From a virus (lineage: Duplodnaviria > Caudoviricetes): a stretch of DNA of 33,321 nucleotides. The stretch spans positions 1 through 33,321 of IMG/VR virus record IMGVR_UViG_3300025138_000176; one strand, 5' to 3'. Positions 18,431 through 25,476 of the stretch are shown one piece after another; the first letter of the stretch is position 1; the number at the start of each line of letters is the position of its first letter. The position numbers and the translations under genes were made by a program. The notes beneath the pieces are model-generated. The model was not told where the DNA came from. It did no database searches and was given only the letters and a program-made list of their open reading frames with translations.

Positions 18431-18615
18431 TGAGAGCAGCGAAAATTAAAGGTGAAGATATTGCCACAGAAAACTACAATACTGATCGTAATTGGTTTGT
18501 CCAAAGGTCTTGGATTCTAGCGAAAAAAGACAACGCTGTTCATAGAGCAGCAATTGAACATTATGATGTAATTCAAAGGGAACTCAATGAGTATGAAAAA
18601 TTTATTAAGAAATGA
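18430..18615 (+). CDS. Hypothetical protein
   Basis: 61-aa coupled ORF. Confidence 0.7.
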   Translation: MRAAKIKGEDIATENYNTDRNWFVQRSWILAKKDNAVHRAAIEHYDVIQRELNEYEKFIKK

Positions 18616-18895
18616 CAAAAAAGAAGAAATCATATATGCATTTAAAGAAGATTTAATTCTAGATGAAATGCAAGAATATATTGATACTACTTATGACGCT
18701 CATTACAGCAAAGACAAATATCAGTCGACTGAAATTATCGAAGACATGGGTCATGGTATGGGTTTTGCTCTTGGTAACGTTATCAAGTATTGCCAAAGAT
18801 ATGGCAAGAAAGAAGGATATAATAGAGATGACTTATTAAAAGTTATTCATTACAGCATTATTGCTCTAGCAATGCACGACAAGAAGTGGGATTAA
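18587..18895 (+). CDS. DUF3310-like protein (T7 gp1.7 nucleotide-kinase-related family)
   Basis: HY...GFALGNVIKYCQRYGKK...DLLKVIHY motif. Confidence 0.75.
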   Translation: MSMKNLLRNDKKEEIIYAFKEDLILDEMQEYIDTTYDAHYSKDKYQSTEIIEDMGHGMGFALGNVIKYCQRYGKKEGYNRDDLLKVIHYSIIALAMHDKKWD

Positions 18896-18896
18896 A

Positions 18897-19109
18897 TTAC
18901 CATTGAGCAGTAAGTGCACTGTTTGAAACAGACTTACATTTAAACCGAACAGGTTTATATAAAGGCCAATATCGATGTATATCTCTGCTTATTTCAAGTG
19001 CTCTCATTTTACATTCTTTTCGTGTTTCGTAGGGTCCTTGTTGATCTTCTAATATTTTGCAATAGTCAGGATTATTAACAAGACATGCCATTACTAAAGC
19101 GATAAACAT
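18897..19109 (-). CDS. Small Cys-containing exported protein
   Basis: Short hydrophobic N-terminus and four Cys; last gene of the minus-strand operon. Confidence 0.7.
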   Translation of the reverse strand: MFIALVMACLVNNPDYCKILEDQQGPYETRKECKMRALEISRDIHRYWPLYKPVRFKCKSVSNSALTAQW

Positions 19110-19246
19110 TATCTGCCTTGACCTCTATATCTTTTTAAACTACGTCTTTTATGTTTATTCATAGTTGATGTTATTGGTTTACGTCCGATTGTTGTACCAT
19201 GTTTTTGAGGTTCATGAGTTGAAACCTGTTTAAATAATTTTGCCAT
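19109..19246 (-). CDS. 45-aa basic peptide (MAKLFKQVST...NKHKRRSLKRYRGQGR)
   Basis: Translated by hand. GAGG RBS, TAATG overlaps at both ends, and a KxYRGQG C-terminus familiar from marine phage small proteins. Confidence 0.78.
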   Translation of the reverse strand: MAKLFKQVSTHEPQKHGTTIGRKPITSTMNKHKRRSLKRYRGQGR

Positions 19247-19638
19247 TATTTTACTGCCTCATTTAAACTTTCTATTACACTTCCAATATTTGGCTCAGAA
19301 CCAAATGGATTATATTTACATTTATACTCCCGTGGACATTTATTTTCAATAGCCATTTCATAAGTTTTATTTTGTCCTTGATATATACAAACTTCCTCAC
19401 CAGATTTAGTCTTTACTCGTTTTTTAAGTCTGCAAGTAACCATTTTTGGTAGTACTATGTCTCCTCTTTGTATCTTTTGCTGTCGAGTATAATCTTTCTT
19501 AGTCCCATAGATTTTTTTAGAGTCATTGGGCGGATGATATATTTTACCGGCAGCGTTAGCTTCCATCATAATACCAACACTAGCATATATAAACGATACA
19601 CAAACTATATACAATAATACGTATTCACTTGATTTCAT
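19246..19638 (-). CDS. Exported/membrane-anchored protein with Cys-rich C-terminal domain
   Basis: N-terminal TM or signal segment; TCRL...CIY.G.N......CPREYKC. Start at the ATGA overlap. Confidence 0.75.
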   Translation of the reverse strand: MKSSEYVLLYIVCVSFIYASVGIMMEANAAGKIYHPPNDSKKIYGTKKDYTRQQKIQRGDIVLPKMVTCRLKKRVKTKSGEEVCIYQGQNKTYEMAIENKCPREYKCKYNPFGSEPNIGSVIESLNEAVK

Positions 19639-20117
19639 GTCAGTCTCGAATACCATACTGAACCAATTGCTAATCCAAGAACAAGAAATATGATACCAGC
19701 AACTATGAAAACTTGTTTAATCTCAATCCATAATTGTTTATCTGCTTTTATCTTTTCAATCTTTGCAAGTCTTATCGACTCTTTTTGTTCTGCAATTCGT
19801 CTTGCTCTTTCTTCTAAGATTTCTTTCCAAGTGTTTGGTCCAAAGCGTAAGTTAATCATATTTGCAACTTCTTGTAACTGCTCTGCAGCTAATTTTGCAT
19901 CAATAGTTTCTCTTGCAATATGTGATGTATCAAACTGTTCTTTAACACCAAGACCTCGTTTGCCTTGTTTTTTATTGACTTCTTGCTGACCTCTTAGTAA
20001 ACCATCGATGGCTCCGCCGATTTCACCAATATCTTTACATGTGTCAATATTAGATTTTATAAAATCTACGCTACTTTTTACGAGTGCGATTCCCGCTAAT
20101 ATTTCTGCTATTGGCAT
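19635..20117 (-). CDS. Hypothetical coiled-coil membrane protein
   Basis: 160 aa with a C-terminal TM helix and a GGAG RBS. Confidence 0.8.
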   Translation of the reverse strand: MPIAEILAGIALVKSSVDFIKSNIDTCKDIGEIGGAIDGLLRGQQEVNKKQGKRGLGVKEQFDTSHIARETIDAKLAAEQLQEVANMINLRFGPNTWKEILEERARRIAEQKESIRLAKIEKIKADKQLWIEIKQVFIVAGIIFLVLGLAIGSVWYSRLT

Positions 20118-20343
20118 TTTCTTGTATCTCCGGTGACTTATCTACAAATTTAGGTTTTTGCCTCATTGTAAGTTGAGCTTTAAATTTATTTTGTACAGGT
20201 TCTTTGTTCTTGCTTTTTCCAATCATAATATTAATTGCTTTATATCCGTCGCCTAAGAATATCAATAATCCGTCTAAATACAATTTAGATTTGCTTGAAA
20301 CGGATAAATCGATAACTAAATTTTCATGCCTATAAATCGCCAT
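20071..20343 (-). CDS. Hypothetical late protein (probably leaderless)
   Basis: ATG at 20343 lies 5 nt downstream of a minus-strand TATAAATA. The longer start in the ORF track runs into the riboswitch and is unlikely. Confidence 0.65.
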   Translation of the reverse strand: MAIYRHENLVIDLSVSSKSKLYLDGLLIFLGDGYKAINIMIGKSKNKEPVQNKFKAQLTMRQKPKFVDKSPEIQENANSRNISGNRTRKK

Positions 20344-20348
20344 AATAC

Positions 20349-20356
20349 TATTTATA
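20349..20356 (-). promoter_or_regulatory. T4-type late promoter (gp55)
   Basis: Exact TATAAATA at the head of the minus-strand operon. Confidence 0.78.
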
Positions 20357-20375
20357 ATATTAAGGTCATTTTTTG

Positions 20376-20383
20376 TATAAATA
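20376..20383 (+). promoter_or_regulatory. T4-type late promoter (gp55)
   Basis: Exact TATAAATA 9 nt upstream of the riboswitch aptamer. Confidence 0.78.
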
Positions 20384-20392
20384 ATATTAACA

Positions 20393-20436
20393 CGTTCACC
20401 CGAAAGGGCGGAAGTAGGCAATCGCTGAAGGAACGC
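20393..20436 (+). ncRNA. Glutamine-I riboswitch aptamer (glnA RNA motif)
   Basis: CGUUC-A-[CCC GAAA GGG]-CGGAAGUA-[GGC AAUC GCU]-GAAG-GAACG-C. This gives a P1/P2/P3 three-way junction with an E-loop (AGUA/GAA) matching the glnA consensus. Confidence 0.88.
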
Positions 20437-20464
20437 ACCTAACTTTAAAAGAGGAGGGTGGCAT

Positions 20465-20560
20465 ATGACTTACAGACCATTTCAATGGAAGATGTTTGTT
20501 AAAGCACGTAATATTGCTTTAGTTCATAAACTGTTAAATTACCGTAGACATTATGCATAA
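20465..20560 (+). CDS. 31-aa basic peptide under riboswitch control (MTYRPFQWKMFVKARNIALVHKLLNYRRHYA)
   Basis: Strong GAGGAGG RBS immediately downstream of the aptamer. Confidence 0.7.
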   Translation: MTYRPFQWKMFVKARNIALVHKLLNYRRHYA

Positions 20561-20565
20561 AGTTG

Positions 20566-20594
20566 TGTACTTTTGTACATTTTTGTGTTATAAT
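20566..20594 (+). promoter_or_regulatory. sigma70-type promoter for tmRNA
   Basis: TGTACT-17 bp-TATAAT with extended TG. Confidence 0.7.
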
Positions 20595-20600
20595 ATATAG

Positions 20601-20995
20601 TATATAACGATGAAACAGAGCGAAAGGTTTGCTGGACTCGGGGGCGGTACCCGACAGCTCCACCATAAAAACTTGAAAGGTACATTATGAGTAAAGATAA
20701 ATATCACCATTGGGTATATGCTGCAGACGACAGCATGAATAAGACGTTGAAGTTTATAATATATTGCGTGTATGCTTATGGTGCATATATTTTTTTTAAT
20801 GAATTATTTACCAAGTTTTTCTGATGGGGCTGAAATAGGATCGACAGAGACGAAATAGCGATGTGGAGTTATCCGGATGTAAGCTCGGTTAATGCGAACA
20901 AAACGATAAATGCAAACGATAATTTTGCACCTCAAGAGTTAGCGCTAGCCGCTTAATTCTTATGAGCCAGCCGGAGCTTGGAAACAGAATCCGGC
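20601..20995 (+). ncRNA. ssrA: Circularly permuted (two-piece) tmRNA, alphaproteobacterial type
   Basis: The acceptor piece ends GGAC-UCGGG-GGCGGUA-CCCGA-CAGCUCC-A-CCA (20665). The coding piece starts GGGGCUGAAAUAGGAUCGAC (20826). The 7-bp acceptor stem has G3:U. The tag frame 20912-20956 reads ANDNFAPQELALAA*. The 5' boundary is approximate. Confidence 0.93.
20687..20824 (+). CDS. 45-aa single-TM peptide encoded in the tmRNA intervening segment
   Basis: GAAAGG RBS; MSKDKYHHWVYAADDSMNKTLKFIIYCVYAYGAYIFFNELFTKFF; one base separates the stop from the tmRNA G1. Confidence 0.65.
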   Translation: MSKDKYHHWVYAADDSMNKTLKFIIYCVYAYGAYIFFNELFTKFF

Positions 20996-21004
20996 ACTTT
21001 TTTT
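20970..21004 (+). terminator. 3' hairpin of the tmRNA coding piece / intrinsic terminator
   Basis: GCCGGA...TCCGGC stem followed by AC and a T7 run. Confidence 0.7.
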
Positions 21005-21015
21005 AGGAGATCAAC

Positions 21016-21153
21016 ATGGAGAAGCCTAAAAAAATATGTGTAGTTTGTAATATATATCTTGATGAAGTTTTAAAAGATGTTTATAAATGTCCAAAGTGTA
21101 GGGCAATATTGAATGAGAGATTGGATGATAGGAAAGATAGGAAAGAAAATTGA
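21016..21153 (+). CDS. 45-aa zinc-ribbon peptide
   Basis: AGGAG RBS; MEKPKKICVVCNIYLDEVLKDVYKCPKCRAIL..., i.e. CxxC-13-CxxC. Confidence 0.78.
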   Translation: MEKPKKICVVCNIYLDEVLKDVYKCPKCRAILNERLDDRKDRKEN

Positions 21154-22289
21154 GTAGAAGTGTAGCTATAATAGGTGCCGGTGTTGCCGGAATTACTACA
21201 GCATATTTTTTAACACAAGAAGGATTTAAAGTAAGAGTATTTGATCCGGAAGGCATAGCAAAACAATGTAGTTATGCCAATGGTGGACAGGTTTCAGTGT
21301 GTAATGCTGAAGTTTGGAATACCTATGGCAATATCGCTAAAGGTCTCAAATGGATGACAAAGAAAGATGCTCCATTATATTTTAGAGCAGATCATTGGTC
21401 ATGGGATAAAATCAAATGGATTGCTGGTTTTATTGGAGCTACTGTTACAAATTCTTATGATAAGAATACTCGAAAAACTATTGAATATGCATTAAGAGCT
21501 CGTGAGTTGATGAAAGAAGTTAGTGATATTGACTATCATCAAAACAAGTGTGGCATATTACATATTTACAAAAACCAAAAATCTTGGGATAAAGCAAGAC
21601 AGACTCTAGATAGATTTAAAGATACTGGTTGGGGTAGAGTCGAAATAAGCAATAAGTTTTTAGATGCATACAATATTAAAGATGATGGAGTGATAGGTTG
21701 TACGTATACTGCTGAAGATTCAGTTGGAGACATTTTTACTTTTTGTAATAAGTTATCAGCAAGAATGGAAACTTATAATGACTATAAGTTAATAAATAAA
21801 AGAATAGATAAAGAAGATTTAGAAAATTTACAGAAAAAATATGATGATGTGGTTGTATGCGCAGGAGCTTATACTAAATATTTAGTACCAAGCTTAAATG
21901 TTTATCCTATAAAAGGTTATTCAATTACTTTTAACAATCAACCAAAAATACCAACTTTATCTGTTTTAGATGATGACGCAAAAATAGTTGCTTCACCTTT
22001 TGCAAATGGTGTATTCAGAGTCGCTGGAACTGCCGAATTAGCTGGATGGAATCACGATATTACTATGAATAGAATTACACCACTTTCTAAATGGGTTGAA
22101 GACAATACTTTTGTAGAAGCTCATAATACTGAATTTAAAAAGTGGGCTTGTTTAAGACCAATGACACCAAATATGTTACCTATTATTAAAAAGGTAAATG
22201 GGTTATGGGTAAACACTGGAGCCGGTCATTTAGGCTGGACTATGGGAATGGCATTAGCGGAGAAAATAACATGGAAGATAATGAATTAG
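21150..22289 (+). CDS. dadA: D-amino acid dehydrogenase (DadA/DAO family FAD oxidoreductase)
   Basis: IIGAGVAG, SYANGGQ, YPIKGYS, RVAGTAE, WACLRPMTP and NTGAGHLGWT. TTG start. Confidence 0.88.
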   Translation: MSRSVAIIGAGVAGITTAYFLTQEGFKVRVFDPEGIAKQCSYANGGQVSVCNAEVWNTYGNIAKGLKWMTKKDAPLYFRADHWSWDKIKWIAGFIGATVTNSYDKNTRKTIEYALRARELMKEVSDIDYHQNKCGILHIYKNQKSWDKARQTLDRFKDTGWGRVEISNKFLDAYNIKDDGVIGCTYTAEDSVGDIFTFCNKLSARMETYNDYKLINKRIDKEDLENLQKKYDDVVVCAGAYTKYLVPSLNVYPIKGYSITFNNQPKIPTLSVLDDDAKIVASPFANGVFRVAGTAELAGWNHDITMNRITPLSKWVEDNTFVEAHNTEFKKWACLRPMTPNMLPIIKKVNGLWVNTGAGHLGWTMGMALAEKITWKIMN

Positions 22290-22441
22290 GAACTAAACTG
22301 ACAGTTGTTCTAAAAGATATCGAAGAAATAATGAATCAGAAAAAAGTAAGATCTGATAAATTAAAAGAAGCGACTCAACGTTTGGAAAACGAAGACGAAG
22401 ATATGCTGAATAAGATAAAGGAAAATTTATATGAATTCTGA
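22271..22441 (+). CDS. Small hypothetical coiled-coil protein
   Basis: GGAG RBS before ATG 22271; the ORF bridges dadA and the GNAT gene. Confidence 0.65.
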   Translation: MEDNELGTKLTVVLKDIEEIMNQKKVRSDKLKEATQRLENEDEDMLNKIKENLYEF

Positions 22442-22949
22442 TACTCGTGAATTAGTATTGAAAGAAATAGAATGGGGAGAAATATATCCAATATGGGCAA
22501 GTAAATTATGGCCTAGTCGTCCAAATATAAGATCATATACTCCTATGATCAACGCTACAGATAAAGATCAAAAAATTCATAGATATGCTAATGATAATTT
22601 TGCGTATTATAGCGGTGTTTTCTTTGGCATAAAAGACTTGCAAAATGGAAAAGTTGTTGCATGTAATTCTGGGCATCAATGTAGTAACACTCTTTTCAGA
22701 TCAAGAGGACTTTACGTTTTTCCAAAATATACCGGTAAAGGATTAGCACAGTTATTATTACAACACACTATTAATTTTGCACGTAAAAAAGGATTTAAAA
22801 AAATATGGTCATACCCAAGAGACAAAGCAATTCCTACGTACAAAGCAGTAGGTTACACAATAGGTGAAACGCACGAACATGAAGCTTACACAAAAGAAGA
22901 TGGCAGTGTACTTGTAAGACCTAATGCGTATGCTGAATTAGTATTATGA
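22431..22949 (+). CDS. GNAT-family acetyltransferase
   Basis: GLYVFPKYTGKGLA acetyl-CoA motif and ...YKAVGY motif. Confidence 0.87.
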   Translation: MNSDTRELVLKEIEWGEIYPIWASKLWPSRPNIRSYTPMINATDKDQKIHRYANDNFAYYSGVFFGIKDLQNGKVVACNSGHQCSNTLFRSRGLYVFPKYTGKGLAQLLLQHTINFARKKGFKKIWSYPRDKAIPTYKAVGYTIGETHEHEAYTKEDGSVLVRPNAYAELVL

Positions 22950-23260
22950 GTGAAACAAATGAAATTATGGCTAAAGTTGTTGCTAATTTAGAAAAAGTGT
23001 ATGACCCTGAAATGCCATCTGTTTCTGTTATACATTTAGGATTGATATACGATATTGATATCGCAGATGAGATTGTTACTATAACACATACACTTACAAG
23101 TGTGTTTTGTCCTATGGCAGACGAAATAAGTGCAGACATAAAACAAGCTGGACTAAATAATACTGGTGCAAAAGATTGCATAGTCAACTGTACGTTTGAT
23201 CCACCATTTACTATGGATATGGTTCCAGAAGAAACTAAAATGGCAATGGGTTGGGATTAG
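22946..23260 (+). CDS. SufT/PaaD-like (DUF59) Fe-S cluster maturation protein
   Basis: VYDPE...LGLIYDI...TLTSVFCP...FDPPFT.D, carrying the DPE-T-C signature. Confidence 0.9.
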   Translation: MSETNEIMAKVVANLEKVYDPEMPSVSVIHLGLIYDIDIADEIVTITHTLTSVFCPMADEISADIKQAGLNNTGAKDCIVNCTFDPPFTMDMVPEETKMAMGWD

Positions 23261-23370
23261 TTAACAAGTTCATCATTTAAATTTTTTTTTGCTCACTTTT
23301 TTGTTTACAAATGAGAAGAATCATGGTATAATATACTTATTAAAATGAAAAAGGAAAACAAAAAAAAATG
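23260..23370 (+). repeat. Promoter+RBS cassette, repeat family 1 (copy B, apparently empty)
   Basis: TTTACA(23304-23309)-17 bp-TATAAT(23327-23332), AAGGA, ATG at 23368. Near-identical to 4625-4732. Confidence 0.88.
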
Positions 23371-23376
23371 ACATAC

Positions 23377-23438
23377 TGCTCACTTTTTTGTTTACAAATG
23401 ATAAGAAACATGGTATAATATACTTATTAAAATGAAAA
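23377..23438 (+). repeat. Promoter cassette, repeat family 1 (copy C)
   Basis: TTTACA(23391-23396)-17 bp-TATAAT(23414-23419), in tandem with copy B. Confidence 0.88.
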
Positions 23439-23458
23439 CAAACTTTAAGGACTATATA

Positions 23459-23740
23459 ATGAATAAATTGACAAACTCACAAATGCAGAAAGTAAACGAA
23501 CTTTTCTTAGGTGCAAGCCCTGATCAAATGAATGAGATCGCACAGATCTTTAATACAGTTAGAAGCTTAAAAGCTGCTTCTGCTGCAAAGTCTTTTATCA
23601 CTGGACAAAAAGTCAAGTGGTCAGGACGAAAAGGCGCCATGGAAGGTGTCGTAGTAAAATCTCTTAAAAAGAATATTAGAGTTAAAGCTACAAACGGTGA
23701 CATGTGGAATGTCGCTGCAACAATTTTAAAAGCTGCTTAA
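23459..23740 (+). CDS. Hypothetical early protein with SH3/KOW-like C-terminus
   Basis: AAGGA RBS before ATG 23459; FITGQKVKWSGR.G...GVVVK...K.IRV beta pattern. Confidence 0.75.
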   Translation: MNKLTNSQMQKVNELFLGASPDQMNEIAQIFNTVRSLKAASAAKSFITGQKVKWSGRKGAMEGVVVKSLKKNIRVKATNGDMWNVAATILKAA

Positions 23741-23753
23741 AGGAGAATATATT

Positions 23754-24710
23754 ATGGCACACGAAGTTGAAACAATGGCATACGCTGGAGAAACACCATG
23801 GCACGGTCTAGGTGTACCAGTATCGAATGATCTTACACCTCAGCAAATGATGAAGAAAGCTGGTGTTGATTGGACTGTACACGAAGTTGAATCATACATT
23901 GACTTTGAAGGTAAGAAAATGCCTACTGGTCAAAAGTCACTTGTAAGAGGAACTGATGGCAAAATACTAACTAACGTTGGTGAAAACTGGAATCCAGTAC
24001 AAAATGAAGATGCATTTAATTTCTTCAGTGAATACTGTATGTCAGGCGATATCGAAATGCATACAGCTGGTTCGTTGAAAAACGGACAGATGGTATGGGC
24101 TTTAGCTAAAGTCAAAGATTCATTTGAATTATTTGACGGTGATAGAGTTGATTCATATCTTCTTTTCTCAAATCCTCATCAGTATGGTAAAGCAATTGAT
24201 GTCAGATTTACTCCAATCAGAGTGGTCTGCAATAATACATTATCTCTTTCTCTTGACGCTAAGACTGATAAGTCTGTTAAAGTTGGACATAGAGTTCAGT
24301 TCGATGCTTATGAAGTTAAAAAAGCATTAGGTATTGCTCATGAAAAACTTAATACTTACAAAGAAATGGCTGAGTTTCTTGGTAAAAAGAGATTTACTGT
24401 TGATACGTACGTTGAGTATTTAAATACTGTATTTCCAAGAACTGCTGATAAAAGAGTTCAAGGAATGGACTTAAATAAAGAAACTCTTTCAAGAAATGCT
24501 AGAGATTGTTTTGACTCACTGAGTTCTCAGCCTGGTGCTAAATTCGCTGAAGGTTCTTGGTGGCAAGCATTTAATTCTGTCACTTATGTTTGCGATCATA
24601 AACAAGGTCGTAACGAAGACAATCGTCTTTATTCTTCTTGGTTTGGTGGAAATCAACTTCGTAAGAAAAAAGCACTAGAAAGCGCTATCAAATTTGCGGA
24701 GGTATCATAA
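23754..24710 (+). CDS. DUF932-family phage/plasmid protein
   Basis: ETPWHGLG, VQNEDAFNFF, TAGSL.NG..VW, TPIRVVCNNTL and W.AFNSVT...DH. Confidence 0.88.
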   Translation: MAHEVETMAYAGETPWHGLGVPVSNDLTPQQMMKKAGVDWTVHEVESYIDFEGKKMPTGQKSLVRGTDGKILTNVGENWNPVQNEDAFNFFSEYCMSGDIEMHTAGSLKNGQMVWALAKVKDSFELFDGDRVDSYLLFSNPHQYGKAIDVRFTPIRVVCNNTLSLSLDAKTDKSVKVGHRVQFDAYEVKKALGIAHEKLNTYKEMAEFLGKKRFTVDTYVEYLNTVFPRTADKRVQGMDLNKETLSRNARDCFDSLSSQPGAKFAEGSWWQAFNSVTYVCDHKQGRNEDNRLYSSWFGGNQLRKKKALESAIKFAEVS

Positions 24711-25261
24711 TGAATAAGTTTGTTACAGTGGGGCTCGTCTTAGTTGGCGGGCTTGCTCTTAACGCTTGTAGCTTAACAGGTAAAAGAGAAATGATTAAAA
24801 TAGTTCAGTCTGAAAAGGCTGAATCAATTCCTAAGTGGTATGTGAATACGCCTAAAGATGAAAAAGAACTTATCTTTGGTTCAGGTACTGGTTTGTCTTC
24901 TGATTTACAATTCTCTATGGATAAAGCTATGCATCAAGCAAAAGTAGTTCTTGGAGATAAAATTAGTAACTCAGTGTCTATGACAATAAAATCGTTTACA
25001 GCAGATGATTCTTCAACAGGACTAGCTGGTGTTGCAGTCGAAGAGACTACAAAGGTTTCAAAGTCTGGATATTCTAAAATCGATGTTTCAGAATACGATG
25101 TAGTTGATAAAGCTGTCACTATGGAAGGTATGAGTTTTCGTACTTATGTTCTTCTAAAAGTAAATCCAAAAGGACGTAAGAATCAAACTGTAGTAGTTGA
25201 TCAGGCGGCTGTTAATAAAGCTCGTGAAAAAGCTAGAGTTGAAATTGAAAAGCTTAACTAA
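24710..25261 (+). CDS. Lipoprotein (LPP20-like)
   Basis: Signal peptide with lipobox LNAC; IPKWY...FGSGTG.S.DLQ...DKA...AK. Confidence 0.8.
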   Translation: MNKFVTVGLVLVGGLALNACSLTGKREMIKIVQSEKAESIPKWYVNTPKDEKELIFGSGTGLSSDLQFSMDKAMHQAKVVLGDKISNSVSMTIKSFTADDSSTGLAGVAVEETTKVSKSGYSKIDVSEYDVVDKAVTMEGMSFRTYVLLKVNPKGRKNQTVVVDQAAVNKAREKARVEIEKLN

Positions 25262-25476
25262 TGGCTTATCTAGTAGTTATCTTAGCATTTTTATTTTTCT
25301 GTCTGCAGTGGGTGCAAAAAAATCCACCACTATCGCAAACAGAAAAATGTCAATGTGAAAAGTTACCTGAAGACTATTTCATAATTCAAACAGATGAAAC
25401 TGTTTATTGCATTGACGATAAACGTTCAAGAGAAATCAAACAAAAAATTAAACATTCAAAGAAAGAAATAAAATGA
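25261..25476 (+). CDS. Small membrane-anchored protein
   Basis: Hydrophobic N-terminus; coupled ORF. Confidence 0.65.
   Translation: MAYLVVILAFLFFCLQWVQKNPPLSQTEKCQCEKLPEDYFIIQTDETVYCIDDKRSREIKQKIKHSKKEIK

Noticed and set aside
20634-20665. Stand-alone tRNA or attP-like tRNA fragment ending in CCA
   Set aside because: There is no anticodon or D arm upstream. It pairs with GGGGCUG at 20826 and is the tmRNA acceptor piece.
22587-22604. The GNAT protein contains ANDNFA, identical to the first six residues of the tmRNA tag
   Set aside because: It is internal, differs at synonymous positions and has no flanking tmRNA similarity. Most likely chance.
23260-23282. CtrA box (TTAA-N7-TTAA) in the cassette upstream region
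   Set aside because: The half-site spacing does not fit N7 in the copies examined.
23432-23461. MKTNFKDYIM resembles the capsid-targeting motif
   Set aside because: This ATG is part of the promoter repeat and has no RBS, the terminal Glu is missing, and the likely start is 23459.
24731-24754. GC-rich hairpin near the lipoprotein start as a terminator
   Set aside because: It depends on several G:U pairs, has no U-tract, and lies in signal-peptide codons.
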